In this document: in pieces, positions 20,637 to 32,921 of the stretch | Layout of the letters: every line of letters begins with the position of its first letter | Position numbering within the stretch: the stretch's first letter is position 1 | DNA from: an uncultured Ruficoccus sp. | Lineage (GTDB): Bacteria; Verrucomicrobiota; Verrucomicrobiia; Opitutales; Cerasicoccaceae | Assembly (NCBI GenBank): GCA_965140785.1 | Contig: OZ223519.1 | Span: 128,001-192,000 of the forward strand | Length of the DNA stretch: 64,000 nucleotides | Direction: 5' to 3' | Position numbers and translations under genes: made by a program | Notes under the pieces: model-generated | Told to the model about the DNA's origin: nothing | The model's input: only the letters and a program-made list of their open reading frames with translations | Database searches by the model: none

Positions 20637-22319
20637 TTACGCTTCGGCGGGGACGCCGATGCCGTTGAGCAGGTTTGAGAAGTAGGGGATGACCTGCTTC
20701 TTGCGGCTGACGATCCCCGGCAGCTCGAAGATGTGATGCGAGCTACCCACCGGGGAGAAGGAAATCTGCTCGATGCAGGCCTCGTCGCCCTCGACCAGCA
20801 GGAGCGAGTTCTGGGTGTTGATGTCGGTCACCAGCAGGCAGGAAAAGGAGAGGCCCTCCTTTTGCTGATACTCGGAGAGAGCCCGCTGGATGTCGGCGGA
20901 CTTTTCCCAGAAATTGTTAAAGCCCAGCTCCTCGACCTGCGAGACGGAGTAGCGGATGTCGCCCTGCTCGTACTGCTTGCAGTCGGAGGTGATGACCTTT
21001 TCCGGCACCTCGGTCACGACGATGGAACCGGCGGTGAAAATCAGGTTGGCCAACTCGTCGGCCTCGACCCCGGCGATCTGCGAGAGCCAGGGCAGGAGGT
21101 TGGCGTCGCGCTCGGTCGTGGTCGGGCTCTGGAGGTTGAGCGTGTCGGAAATGATCCCGCCCATGAGCACCCCGGCGATCTGCGGCGAGGGGTCCATGCC
21201 ACGCCCGCGGTACAGCTCAGCCACGATGCTGCACGTCGAGCCGATGATTTCGTTGCGGAAAAGGATGGGCTGGGCGGTCGGCGGGTTCCCGAGGCGGTGG
21301 TGGTCCACGATCTCGACGATGTTGACCTCGCCGGCGCCGTTGACGGCCTGGCCCAACTCGTTGTGGTCCACCAGCACGAGGCGGGTGGTGACGGGCTTGA
21401 GCAGGTCGGTCTTGGTAAAGATGCCCTCCAGGCGGCCCGAGCCGTCCACCACGCAGTAGATGGGGGCGTTGCTCTGGGCGATACGGCGGCGCACGGTGCT
21501 GAGCTTTTCCTCCCGGTCAAAGGTAGTGACGTTCTTGCTGTTGACGAGCGGTCCCAGCTCGGTCGCGGTGCGGATGATCCAGGCGGTGGTGGCGGAGTCG
21601 AAGCGGCTGACGATCAGGCAGATGTTCTTTTCCTTGGCCATCTGGATGACGTCCTCCTCGATCTCAAGGCCTCCGGTGACGACGAGCAGGCGGACGCCGA
21701 ACTGGATCGAGCGCTGCTGGATGTCGTAGCGGTCGCCCACGACGATGATGCTCTGCTCGGGCGCGATTTCCTCGGTCTTGGTGAACTTGCCGAAGGAGCG
21801 CAGGTCCATCGCGCCAATGCGCACGTACAGATCCTCGACCCGTTCGGGTTCGATCATGTTGATCACGTCGGCCTCCAGCGCCTTGACGATATTGTCGATG
21901 CTGGTGTGGACGTGGCGCATCTTGCGCGGTTCGGTCGGCTTGGGGATGAAGAACTCGCCCAGGTCGAAGACCGAGACCACCCCGGCGACATGCTCGTTGT
22001 CATCGACCACGGGCAGGGCGCGGATGTCGTAGCGGTCGATCAGGTCAAGGGCTTCGGCGCAGGTAGCGTCCCGATGGGTCTTGCGGATCTCGCGGCGCAT
22101 GATGTCCTCCACGCGCGGGATGACGTCGCCCACATAGGTGGGCAGGGAGACGTTGAACTTCTTCAGGACGGCGTCAATGCGGGCGTTACTGTTACCGCAA
22201 CGGGCAGCCACGTAGCCGGTTTCACCGACCGCCTCCTTGAACGCCGCGTAGGCGATGGCGGAACAGATCGCGTCCGCGTCGGGGTTTTTGTGGCCGATGA
22301 TATAAGTGGTCGCTGACAT
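20637..22319 (-). CDS. ppaC: Mn-dependent inorganic pyrophosphatase (DHH family) with CBS-DRTGG insert
   Basis: GHKNPDADAICSA, LVDHNE, VDHHR, IISDTL, SRKKQV; CBS/DRTGG region. Confidence 0.9.
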   Translation of the reverse strand: MSATTYIIGHKNPDADAICSAIAYAAFKEAVGETGYVAARCGNSNARIDAVLKKFNVSLPTYVGDVIPRVEDIMRREIRKTHRDATCAEALDLIDRYDIRALPVVDDNEHVAGVVSVFDLGEFFIPKPTEPRKMRHVHTSIDNIVKALEADVINMIEPERVEDLYVRIGAMDLRSFGKFTKTEEIAPEQSIIVVGDRYDIQQRSIQFGVRLLVVTGGLEIEEDVIQMAKEKNICLIVSRFDSATTAWIIRTATELGPLVNSKNVTTFDREEKLSTVRRRIAQSNAPIYCVVDGSGRLEGIFTKTDLLKPVTTRLVLVDHNELGQAVNGAGEVNIVEIVDHHRLGNPPTAQPILFRNEIIGSTCSIVAELYRGRGMDPSPQIAGVLMGGIISDTLNLQSPTTTERDANLLPWLSQIAGVEADELANLIFTAGSIVVTEVPEKVITSDCKQYEQGDIRYSVSQVEELGFNNFWEKSADIQRALSEYQQKEGLSFSCLLVTDINTQNSLLLVEGDEACIEQISFSPVGSSHHIFELPGIVSRKKQVIPYFSNLLNGIGVPAEA

Positions 22320-22386
22320 GTGTATTAGAAAGTAACGATTCGGACAGTGTCCCGCATTTGGCCCGTTTCGTCAATGCCCGGAAAAC

Positions 22387-22416
22387 AAAAAGAGGCCCGG
22401 TCGAAACCGGGCCTCT
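22387..22416 (-). terminator. intrinsic terminator after the prepilin-type gene
   Basis: AGAGGCCCGGT-CGAA-ACCGGGCCTCT with U-tail on -. Confidence 0.85.
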
Positions 22417-22440
22417 GGGAAAGAATGTTGTTCCAGGCTC

Positions 22441-23202
22441 TTAGTTGGCGCTGGTCAGCGTCGCACCTTCGTAGTAGCCGGAGTTGCTGGAGGTGTTGAT
22501 GGCTGTGGCGATGTCGCTGGTGGACTGGTTTTCGCCGCTGGCCGAGCCCGGTGTCAGCTTGTATTCACCTTCAGTCAGGTTCGGGAACCATTCGACGTGG
22601 CCGTCCATGAAGGCGATGTGACCGCCGTCACCCTGCCAGGGGGAGGTCATTGTCCAGGTGCCGTTGTCCTGAAGGCCCTTGGTCCAGAGCAGCGGGGTGG
22701 TGGAGGTGGGGGCATTCGGGCTCATGCCGACCACAACGGCGTAGCTAATGACAGCCGGTTCAATTGCGTCCCATTCCGTCGAGGTCGTCCAATTTGTACC
22801 ATTCTTGATACCGATGCTGCGGGGCAGCACCGCGACAGTGGCGACGTCTTCGTCCGAGTCGATGAACCACAGGGAGGCGTCGGTCAGCTCCACATTATAG
22901 CCTAAGACTTCGGCCCAATCCTTGGAACTAGCAGCACTGTTAGTGGAGGGGTCTGTGCCCCCGACGCTGAAGGCGGTCCCACCCGTGATGACCTTCGTAC
23001 GACCGCCAGCATTCGAGTAATTGCTGTAGCCCATGGCGATCTGGCGCATATTACTGGAAGACTTGGTCTGGGCAGCCTTGGTCTGCACGGCGCCCACAGT
23101 CGGGATGATGATAGCTGCCAGAATACCGATAATGGCGATAACGGTCAGCAACTCGATGAGGGTGAAGCCTTTACGGGGCAGGGTATGAGTTTTATATGTC
23201 AT
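22441..23202 (-). CDS. prepilin-type N-terminal cleavage/methylation protein with H-X9-DG-type C-terminal motif
   Basis: KGFTLIELLTVIAIIGILAAIIIP and GGHIAFMDGHVEW. Confidence 0.9.
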   Translation of the reverse strand: MTYKTHTLPRKGFTLIELLTVIAIIGILAAIIIPTVGAVQTKAAQTKSSSNMRQIAMGYSNYSNAGGRTKVITGGTAFSVGGTDPSTNSAASSKDWAEVLGYNVELTDASLWFIDSDEDVATVAVLPRSIGIKNGTNWTTSTEWDAIEPAVISYAVVVGMSPNAPTSTTPLLWTKGLQDNGTWTMTSPWQGDGGHIAFMDGHVEWFPNLTEGEYKLTPGSASGENQSTSDIATAINTSSNSGYYEGATLTSAN

Positions 23203-23345
23203 GATGATTCGGGAGAGTTTCTTTTGGGTTAAAGCGACGTCCGCGGGGCGGAACGAGGGATAACGGTCTTCTACAGAGTACTATATCACCTCGGAGCGCC
23301 CGGTGGGTCAATTCTCTTTCTTCAGGGTGAATTATCGGTGTTTTC

Positions 23346-24626
23346 CTAACTTTTATAAGGCAGGGGAAAGCGTTCGGCCAGCGCGAGCATCTTGTCACGA
23401 GCGGCGGTGATCTGGGCCTCGTCTTCCAAGTTGTTGAGAACCAATGCGATGGCGTCGGCAATGACGGCCATATCCGCCTCCGTCATGCCGCGGCTGGTGA
23501 CGGCGGGCGAACCCAGGCGCAGGCCGGAGGTGTAGTAGGGCTTGCGGGTGTCGCCGGGGACGGAGCTGCGGCTGGTGGTGATGTTGGCCTGGTCGAGCGC
23601 GCGCTGGGCCTTGAGGCCGGAGAGCTCTGGGTGGCTATTGCGGAAGTCGAGCACCATCAGGTGGTTGTCCGTGCCGTTGCTGCAAAGCTCGAAGCCCTTG
23701 TCCATCAGCCCCTTGGCCAGCGCCCGGGCGTTGAGGACGATCTGGTGCTGGTACTTCTTGAAGCCCTCGGTAGCGGCATCCTTGAAGCAGACGGCCTTGG
23801 CCGCAATGATGTGCATGAGCGGGCCGCCCTGGTTCATCGGGAACACGGCCATGTCGATGGCTTTGGCGTGCTCGGCCTTGCACATAATGAGGCCGCCGCG
23901 AGGGCCGCGCAGGGTCTTGTGCGTGGTCGTGGTGACGAAGTCGGCGTGCGGCACCGGGTTCGGGTGCTCGCCGGCGGCGACGAGGCCCGCGATGTGGGCG
24001 ATGTCGGCCATGAGCAGGGCGCCCACGGAGCGGGCGATTTCGCCCATTTTCGCAAAGTCGATGGTGCGCGGATAAGCCGAGGCACCGACGGTGATCATCT
24101 TCGGCTTTTCCTTTTCGGCCATGGCGGCGAGCTCGTCGTAGTCGATCTGGCCGTTCTCGGGGCTGACGCCGTAGTGGACGACTTCGTAGTTGATGCCGGA
24201 GAAGTTGACCGGGCTGCCGTGGGTGAGGTGGCCGCCGTCGGAGAGGCGCATGGTCAGGATCTTGTCGCCGTGGTTGAGCATGGCGGTATAGACGGCGATA
24301 TTGGCCTGGCTACCGGCGTGCGGCTGCACGTTGGCGTGCTCGGCGCCGAAGAGCGCCTTGGCGCGGTCGATGGCGTGCTGCTCGACGATATCGACGAAGC
24401 CGCAGCCGCCGTAGTAGCGCTTACCGGGGTAGCCCTCGGCGTATTTGTTGGTCAGCACGCTGCCGGCGGCTTCCATTACGGCGGGCAGGGTGAAGTTTTC
24501 CGAGGCGATCAGCTCGATGTGCGTTTGCTGGCGGTGGCACTCCTGGCTGATGGCGTTGTAGATCTCGGGATCGAACTCGGCCAGGGACGCGGGATTGAGG
24601 GTCAAGGACTTGTCTTCGGTAGGCAT
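23346..24626 (-). CDS. glyA: serine hydroxymethyltransferase
   Basis: [42 protein letters not shown]. Confidence 0.98.
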   Translation of the reverse strand: MPTEDKSLTLNPASLAEFDPEIYNAISQECHRQQTHIELIASENFTLPAVMEAAGSVLTNKYAEGYPGKRYYGGCGFVDIVEQHAIDRAKALFGAEHANVQPHAGSQANIAVYTAMLNHGDKILTMRLSDGGHLTHGSPVNFSGINYEVVHYGVSPENGQIDYDELAAMAEKEKPKMITVGASAYPRTIDFAKMGEIARSVGALLMADIAHIAGLVAAGEHPNPVPHADFVTTTTHKTLRGPRGGLIMCKAEHAKAIDMAVFPMNQGGPLMHIIAAKAVCFKDAATEGFKKYQHQIVLNARALAKGLMDKGFELCSNGTDNHLMVLDFRNSHPELSGLKAQRALDQANITTSRSSVPGDTRKPYYTSGLRLGSPAVTSRGMTEADMAVIADAIALVLNNLEDEAQITAARDKMLALAERFPLPYKS

Positions 24627-24701
24627 GGTAAAGGATTCATCTAAGGCGCAGAACGGCGCCGGAGTCAAGATGAGTTGATCAAACCGGGTTTGATCAAATG
24701 C

Positions 24702-24780
24702 AAGTTTACGAGTTTGAATGTTTGAGAGTTTGAGCGTCGATCAGAAATTCCGCATTCGCGGATTCTCCAACGTTCAAAAC
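24702..24780. repeat. degenerate GTTTGAGA-type tandem-unit element
   Basis: Left arm AAGTTTACGAGTTTGAATGTTTGAGAGTTTGAGCGT; right arm reduced to TCTCCAACGTTCAAAAC. Confidence 0.6.
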
Positions 24781-24795
24781 CGGGGCTGCTCGCCT

Positions 24796-25245
24796 TCAGC
24801 GGTCGTATTCCTGCTCGATGGCGGCGATTTTGTCGAGGCGGGCCTGGTGGCGGCCCCCGTCGTAGGGGGTTTCCAGGAAAATTCTCGTAAACTTGGCCGC
24901 CTCGTAGGCCGTCTGGTATTTCTGGCCGAAGCAGATGATGTTGGCGTTGTTGTGGCGGCGGGAGAACTCCGCCCCGTCCTCGTTGGAGACGACGGCGGCG
25001 CGGACGCCGCGGACCTTGTTGGCGCTGATGGAGATGCCAATCCCGGTCGTGCACACGAGCACACCGAAGTCGGCCCGTCCGGCGGCGACGTCCTCGGCCA
25101 CGGCCTTGCCGTAGTCCGGATAGTCCACCCGCTGGTGGTCGTAGGTGCCGCGGTCGAGGGCTTCGTGGCCCATTTCCTTCAGCACTTGGATGACGGCGTT
25201 TTTCAGGTCAACGCCGCCGTGATCGGCTCCGAGAGAGATTTTCAT
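24796..25245 (-). CDS. rpiB: ribose-5-phosphate isomerase B
   Basis: GADHGG.DLK, DYPD, CTTGIGISISANKVRGVRAA, RRHNNAN, GGRHQAR. Confidence 0.96.
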   Translation of the reverse strand: MKISLGADHGGVDLKNAVIQVLKEMGHEALDRGTYDHQRVDYPDYGKAVAEDVAAGRADFGVLVCTTGIGISISANKVRGVRAAVVSNEDGAEFSRRHNNANIICFGQKYQTAYEAAKFTRIFLETPYDGGRHQARLDKIAAIEQEYDR

Positions 25246-25247
25246 GG

Positions 25248-25751
25248 TCAGACAGAGGTCGGGTTCTTCAGCTCGTCGTAACGCTCCTTGAGGAATGCCA
25301 CGATGGACGGCACGGCTTCGACCATGCTGTCGCGGGCGGCCTCATAGGCGGGCAGGCTGCTGCCGAAGGGGTCGGGGATTTCGACATCGGCTCCGCCGCC
25401 CATCAGCTCCCGGAAAAGATAGATGTGGGGGGTGGTTTTTGCAAACTGCATCTCAATCATCTGGCGGTGCGACTGCGTCATGCAGAAAATCGCCAGCGAC
25501 TGGTCGATCAGTTCTTGGGTCAGGATCTGGCTGCGGTGAGAGGTCAGGTCCAGACTGACTTTTTTCAGCGCCCGTTCGGAATTGACCGAGGCCGGTTCGC
25601 CGGAAAAGGCGGAGACGCCGGCGGATCTGACCACGATCGACGAGAGGGGGCTGCCCTCGGCTTCCAAGGCATGGGCCAGGAGCTTCTCACCCATGGGGCT
25701 GCGGCAGATATTCGCCGTGCAGACGACGGTCACGGTGTTTCGGTCGGGCAT
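25248..25751 (-). CDS. low-molecular-weight protein phosphatase
   Basis: P-loop VCTANICRSPMGE, SAG, IPDPFG. Confidence 0.92.
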   Translation of the reverse strand: MPDRNTVTVVCTANICRSPMGEKLLAHALEAEGSPLSSIVVRSAGVSAFSGEPASVNSERALKKVSLDLTSHRSQILTQELIDQSLAIFCMTQSHRQMIEMQFAKTTPHIYLFRELMGGGADVEIPDPFGSSLPAYEAARDSMVEAVPSIVAFLKERYDELKNPTSV

Positions 25752-25758
25752 GCGTTGT

Positions 25759-26658
25759 TCAGGAAGGTGGCAGCAGACCCATCACTTGTAAAGCGACAAT
25801 CACATCCACCCCGCGTTGGAGGATCGCGTCCATGGGGGTATCTTCGGCGGCTGGGGCAGCTTCGCCGTCTGTCTCGGGAGGGGCATGAAGCTGCATTTGC
25901 AGCACGGCTTCGACCGGGGTGCCGCGTTCGACCAGGTGGTAGGCCAGGTAATCGGTTTGCGGGTCGGTCTCGACAGTCACGGACGGGGTCAGCCCTTGGC
26001 CGAGCAGGGACTGGCCGTCGGCGGTCAACAGCTCGCTCGTGAGCACATAAAAACCGTCCAGGCCGGGGATGGGCATGTAGGTTCCCGTCTGCCCGGCGGT
26101 GGGCGTGCCCACGGTGAGAATCTTCTTATCGGCCTGCAGGTTCGCCAACTGGACTTCGAGTTGCCCGGCGGTGCGGGCGTTGACGAGGACGATGAGCGGC
26201 TGGTCCGCGCCCAGCTCTTCCATTAGGGTGAGCAGGCTCAGGGGGGCGGGGGTGGCGCAGAAACGCAGGTCGAGGATGAGTTTCTGGGGGTTCTCGACCG
26301 CTTCGAGTTCATTGACGGCCTGGGCCGGGTCGTAAATGCGCAGGTAGGTGACGCCCCGGGGCAGGTCGGCCTCCAGCGGCGGGGCCGGGGAGTGCCCGGT
26401 GAATGTCGGCGGCGGCGCGGTCAGGACCTTTGCCGGGTAAAGCGAGGCCAGTCCGCGCCAGATCAACTCCTGCTCGGAGTGCCCGGCCAGCTCGTCGATC
26501 ACGAACACCGAGGCGGAACTGCCGGCGACCGCTTCCGGCGCGCGGCTGAGGGAGAGCGTTTCGGCTTCCCGCGCCCCGGTCCCGGCGGGCTGCGTAGCCG
26601 TCGAGATACCCGGCAGGCAGAGGGCGGCGGCCCCCAGGGCTGTCAGCAGCAAGCTCAT
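25759..26658 (-). CDS. exported S41/tail-specific-protease-like protein, probably catalytically inactive
   Basis: TYLRI, LILDLR, LIVLVNARTAGQLE, VGTPTAG, GQGLTPSV, D.ILQRG; signal peptide; ATGA overlap with purD. Confidence 0.7.
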   Translation of the reverse strand: MSLLLTALGAAALCLPGISTATQPAGTGAREAETLSLSRAPEAVAGSSASVFVIDELAGHSEQELIWRGLASLYPAKVLTAPPPTFTGHSPAPPLEADLPRGVTYLRIYDPAQAVNELEAVENPQKLILDLRFCATPAPLSLLTLMEELGADQPLIVLVNARTAGQLEVQLANLQADKKILTVGTPTAGQTGTYMPIPGLDGFYVLTSELLTADGQSLLGQGLTPSVTVETDPQTDYLAYHLVERGTPVEAVLQMQLHAPPETDGEAAPAAEDTPMDAILQRGVDVIVALQVMGLLPPS

Positions 26659-27926
26659 TCGCGGGCGAGTTGGCGGTGGCCGATATCGCGGCGCAGTTGC
26701 GCGCCCTCAAAGCTGACCTGATCGCACAGGGCGTAGGTCCGGTCGGCAGCCTCCTGAAGGGTTTTTCCGGTGCCGGTGATCCCGAGTACGCGCCCGCCGC
26801 TGGTCACGATGGTGCCGTCTTCGAGCTGCTTGGTTCCCGCGTGGATGATGGCCGTGCCCGGCTCGGCCGTGGCGGGGAAGGAGATCGGCTTGCCCTTGTC
26901 GTAGCCGCCGGGGTAACCGGCGGCGGCCATGACCACGACCATGGCGAACTCGTCGCTGATCTTGACCTCGGCGGGCTTGAGTTCGCCCTTGGCGCAGGCG
27001 AGCATGAGCTTGACCGGGTCGTCCTTGAGCAGGGGCAGGAGCACCTGCGTCTCGGGGTCGCCGAAGCGTACGTTGAACTCGACCACCTTGGGCTGGCCGC
27101 TGACGATCATGATACCGATGTAAAGGGTGCCGCGAAAGGTGATGCCGTCGGCTTCCAGCCCCGTCAGGGTCGGCTCGATGATTTCCTTGATCACCTTGTC
27201 GTTGACCGCGGAGGTGACGACGGCAGCCGGGGCGTAGGCACCCATCCCGCCGGTGTTCGGGCCGGAGTCGCCCTCGCCGATGCGCTTGTGGTCCTGGCTG
27301 GGGGGCAGCATGACGTAGTCGCGCCCGCTGACCATGAGCGTGATGGAGGCCTCCTCTCCGTCCATGAACTCCTCGATCAGGATCTCGTGGCCGCTTTCGC
27401 CGAAGCTGTTGCGGATGAGCATGTCGTGGGCGGTGTGTTCGGCTTCCTCGAAGCTTTTGGCAATGATCACGCCCTTGCCCGCGGCGAGGCCGTCGGCCTT
27501 GATCACGACGGGGTAGGACTGGTCTTTTAAATAGGCCAGCGCCTCGTTGAGATCGGTGCAGCGCTTGCCCGCAGCGGTGGGGATCTGGTGGCGCAGCAGA
27601 AAATCCTTGGTAAAGGTCTTGCTCGCCTCCAGGCGGGCGGCGGCTTTGTTCGGCCCGTAGGCGGGGATGCCGACGGCCTCCAGCGCGTCCACCACGCCCA
27701 GGCTCAGCGGTACCTCCGGCCCGACGATGACGAAGTCCGCCTTTTCGGACTGGGCCAGCTTAACCGTGGCCGGGACGTCCTCGACTTTGAGGGGCACGCA
27801 GCGGGCCTCGGCCTGCATCCCGCCGTTACCGGGGGCGGCGAAGACCTCGTCCACCAGGTCGCTGGCGAGGCAGGATTTGAGCAGGGTGTGTTCGCGCCCG
27901 CCCGAACCGATGATCATCACTTTCAT
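26655..27926 (-). CDS. purD: phosphoribosylamine--glycine ligase
   Basis: IGSGGREH, VIKADGLAAGKGV, QDHKR, GPNTGGMGAY, EFNVRFGDPETQ. Confidence 0.98.
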   Translation of the reverse strand: MKVMIIGSGGREHTLLKSCLASDLVDEVFAAPGNGGMQAEARCVPLKVEDVPATVKLAQSEKADFVIVGPEVPLSLGVVDALEAVGIPAYGPNKAAARLEASKTFTKDFLLRHQIPTAAGKRCTDLNEALAYLKDQSYPVVIKADGLAAGKGVIIAKSFEEAEHTAHDMLIRNSFGESGHEILIEEFMDGEEASITLMVSGRDYVMLPPSQDHKRIGEGDSGPNTGGMGAYAPAAVVTSAVNDKVIKEIIEPTLTGLEADGITFRGTLYIGIMIVSGQPKVVEFNVRFGDPETQVLLPLLKDDPVKLMLACAKGELKPAEVKISDEFAMVVVMAAAGYPGGYDKGKPISFPATAEPGTAIIHAGTKQLEDGTIVTSGGRVLGITGTGKTLQEAADRTYALCDQVSFEGAQLRRDIGHRQLARE

Positions 27927-28042
27927 ATCAACAAAATGGCTGTGGGGTTATTTATGCTTCCCGCCATCGTGGTTATCGGCTTATCCCTTGTCTAGGCCGT
28001 TTCTCGAAAAACTCGGGACGCGGCGGATAGACTTTTGTTAAT

Positions 28043-28115
28043 CTCACACGGAGGCACAGAGGATTTGAACTAGATATAAATTACAAAACTCCGTGCCCCG
28101 GTGCCTCCGTGTGAG
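28043..28115. repeat. tandem-unit inverted repeat element (CACGGAG/CACAGAG)
   Basis: Perfect 15-bp arms CTCACACGGAGGCAC / GTGCCTCCGTGTGAG with additional partial units. Confidence 0.75.
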
Positions 28116-28140
28116 CATCTCTTCTTTAACATTACTCACT

Positions 28141-29571
<1,431 letters not shown>

Positions 29572-29652
29572 GTGGGGATGGAAAGACAGTCGATTATGAC
29601 TTCTTTTCAGTGTTATGGTCGCATCCGAAATGAAACTCATTATCCGGAAAAA

Positions 29653-30111
29653 ATGAAAACGCTGATTCTTACCGTAATATTGTGTTCGATTGTGTCCATT
29701 GGCTCAGCGCAATACTGGGTCGAAGGAGAGAAACTCGAAACGTCGCATCCGATTGATCTGAAGTACGACGGGAAGCTGGACTTCATGGGGTCTAATGCGG
29801 AGATGGAAGAAAATATCGCCAGCGCTGAGGCCGATTGGAGGGCGTTGATGGAGAAGAAACTGGCGCTTCTGCTCGAATACCTTCCGCAAGAACGAAAAAA
29901 CAAGCTGATCAAGAGCCAAAAACTATGGCAAGAGGCTTGGGAAGCGGACCGGGATTTCTTTTTTAATGATGGTTCTGAGATAAGATATTTGGTGGGGCGC
30001 GAGGGAGAAATCTTATCTGAAATGGAGTTTATGCATCGGGTAAGGAAACGTGCTCTGGACTTGAGCGCTTACGTTAAGATTTTTATCCCAGAGGGAGTCT
30101 CCGGCCAATAG
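29653..30111 (+). CDS. exported protein, LprI/DUF1311-like
   Basis: Signal peptide; KLALLLEYLP.ERKNKLIKSQKLW pattern; AT-richer than neighbours. Confidence 0.6.
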   Translation: MKTLILTVILCSIVSIGSAQYWVEGEKLETSHPIDLKYDGKLDFMGSNAEMEENIASAEADWRALMEKKLALLLEYLPQERKNKLIKSQKLWQEAWEADRDFFFNDGSEIRYLVGREGEILSEMEFMHRVRKRALDLSAYVKIFIPEGVSGQ

Positions 30112-30153
30112 AAACACGGTTCCCAGCTCAGCCACCAGCTTCTTCATGGTGCA

Positions 30154-30230
30154 ATGCGCAGCATCGAAAGTGCAGACTAGGCCGCTGGTCCAGCCGGACC
30201 TGCCGCGGGTCTGGGCTGCGTAGGTCCAGA
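30154..30230. repeat. multi-hairpin element related to 13885-13948 and 61799-62851
   Basis: ATGCGCAGCATCGAAAGTGCAG (21/22 identical to 13885-13906), GTCCAGCCGGACC, CCGCGGGTCTGGG...CCAGA. Confidence 0.65.
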
Positions 30231-30248
30231 TCTCCTCTCCTGGCTTAC

Positions 30249-31580
30249 TTACCCCTTGCGTGCTCGTTTTTTGCGGGCGGGGGTGAGGCGTTTGACGTAA
30301 ACCTTGGAGTTGCGGGCGTTGGCGAGGTAGTCGTCGCGGCGGGCCTTGGGCAGGTCGGCGTCGGTGCCCTCGGCGAACCCGGCCACGTCGCGGAAGAAAT
30401 TCCCCGCCTGCGTGCTCAGGGCGACGACTTGGGCGGCCTTCATGCGGCGGGCTTCCAGGCTGGCGAACTCGACCAGTTTCTGGCCCACGCCCCGGCCCTG
30501 GTAAAAGGGCTGCACGAGTACCGCGCCCAGCTCGACCGTCTTGGCGTCGAGCGGGGTCAGGCTGAAGCAGCCCACGATGCTCTCGTCGATTTCGTACACG
30601 TAAAAGTGCCCGATGGCGGCCTCGATGGACTGGCGGGTGCGGGTGCGCAGGGTTTCGCTTTTAGAGGCGTTACGCGTGATGGAGAAAATGCTCGGGACGT
30701 CCTTTTTCCGGGCCGGACGGATCTGCTGGTAGTCGTTGGCGTGGATCATCGTGCCCAGCCCGACCTTGTCGAAAATCTCCGTCAGCAGCCCGCCGAAGAT
30801 GCGCCCGTCGAGGATGTGGGCGCGCGGCGTGCCCGCCTCCAGCGTGCGCGCGGCGTAGGAAGCCTTGGAGAGCAGACGCTCGTCGAGGCTTTTTTTGTGC
30901 TTGGTGATGAGGGCCTGGAGCTCGTCCAGGGGGATATTCATCAGGGGTGAGCCCTCGACCACGAGGCCGGGGAAGGGCGTCAGGTAAATCAGTTTGGAGG
31001 CTTTTAGGCGGATGGCCAGTTCGCTGGCCAGTTGGTCGGAGTTGAGCCGGTAGGGCTGCCCGTCGCGGTCGCAGGCCAGGGGCGAGAAGACCGGGACGAC
31101 CCCCTCGGCCAGCAGGAGCCGGACGAGTCGTTCGTCGAGCTTGTCGATCTTGCCGGTGAAGCCCAGGTCCTTGCCCTTGAGCACGCCCGCCTCGGTGGCG
31201 CGGACGGCGTTGGTTACGACATAGCGCAATCCGTTCTGGGTGAGGGCGCGGGTGAGGGTGTCGAGCGCCTCGGAGCAGGCGGCGGTGGCCATCTCCAGGG
31301 TGGGCTCGTCGGTCGGGCCGCTGCCGTGGGCATCGCTGATGGCGATGCCGCTGTCCTCGGACAGGCGCTTGATCTGCCGCCCGATGCCGTGCACGAGCAC
31401 GATGTCGATGTTCAGGCTGCGCAGGACCGCGATGTCCGTCATCACGTTGGCGAAGTTCTCGTCGTCGATGATGGAGCCGTCCAGCGCGATGACGAAAACG
31501 TGATCGCGGAACTGCGGCACGTATTCGAGAATGCCGCGCAGGTCGGTCGGCTTGAGCGTGGTCTTCGTGTCCGCAGGCAT
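30249..31580 (-). CDS. argA: amino-acid N-acetyltransferase (N-acetylglutamate synthase; AAK + GNAT)
   Basis: FVIALDG, IVLVHG, LGFTGKI, RAHILDGR, LLTEIF..G.GT, GNAT YQGRGVG. Confidence 0.92.
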   Translation of the reverse strand: MPADTKTTLKPTDLRGILEYVPQFRDHVFVIALDGSIIDDENFANVMTDIAVLRSLNIDIVLVHGIGRQIKRLSEDSGIAISDAHGSGPTDEPTLEMATAACSEALDTLTRALTQNGLRYVVTNAVRATEAGVLKGKDLGFTGKIDKLDERLVRLLLAEGVVPVFSPLACDRDGQPYRLNSDQLASELAIRLKASKLIYLTPFPGLVVEGSPLMNIPLDELQALITKHKKSLDERLLSKASYAARTLEAGTPRAHILDGRIFGGLLTEIFDKVGLGTMIHANDYQQIRPARKKDVPSIFSITRNASKSETLRTRTRQSIEAAIGHFYVYEIDESIVGCFSLTPLDAKTVELGAVLVQPFYQGRGVGQKLVEFASLEARRMKAAQVVALSTQAGNFFRDVAGFAEGTDADLPKARRDDYLANARNSKVYVKRLTPARKKRARKG

Positions 31581-31638
31581 GTTCGTTCTTTTCTAACTGC
31601 TTGAGTCCCCGGGGGTAAATCCTAAAAAGCAAAGGTCG

Positions 31639-31845
31639 CTACGGCTGGGGTGGCTTTTGCTGCTGATGGCGCTGCAGCGTTACCTGCATGTCGATCAGTC
31701 CGTGGAGCTTTTGGATGTTCTTGTCCATGCGATCCACTGATTGCGCGATACGGTACACATAATAAGGCATGAGGATGGTGAGAACCACGAGGATGAAGCC
31801 GATGATGGCCAGCAGCAGGATGGGGATGAGGGATAAGCTTTCCAT
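31639..31845 (-). CDS. small single-TM membrane protein with coiled-coil tail
   Basis: 68-aa ORF with hydrophobic N-half; candidate promoter TTGATT-N18-TAAAAT upstream. Confidence 0.6.
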   Translation of the reverse strand: MESLSLIPILLLAIIGFILVVLTILMPYYVYRIAQSVDRMDKNIQKLHGLIDMQVTLQRHQQQKPPQP

Positions 31846-31961
31846 GCCTGGATTTTATCTTTTGTCGGTGTTTTTAATCAAGTCCGTACACGATTGCCTC
31901 GCTGAGGCATACGCCGATTGTCGTTGCGGCCACTATCGGGGCCTCTTTTAATACCCGCCTC

Positions 31962-32894
<933 letters not shown>

Positions 32895-32921
32895 GCGGGG
32901 GGACAAGCCCTGAAGCGTGAC

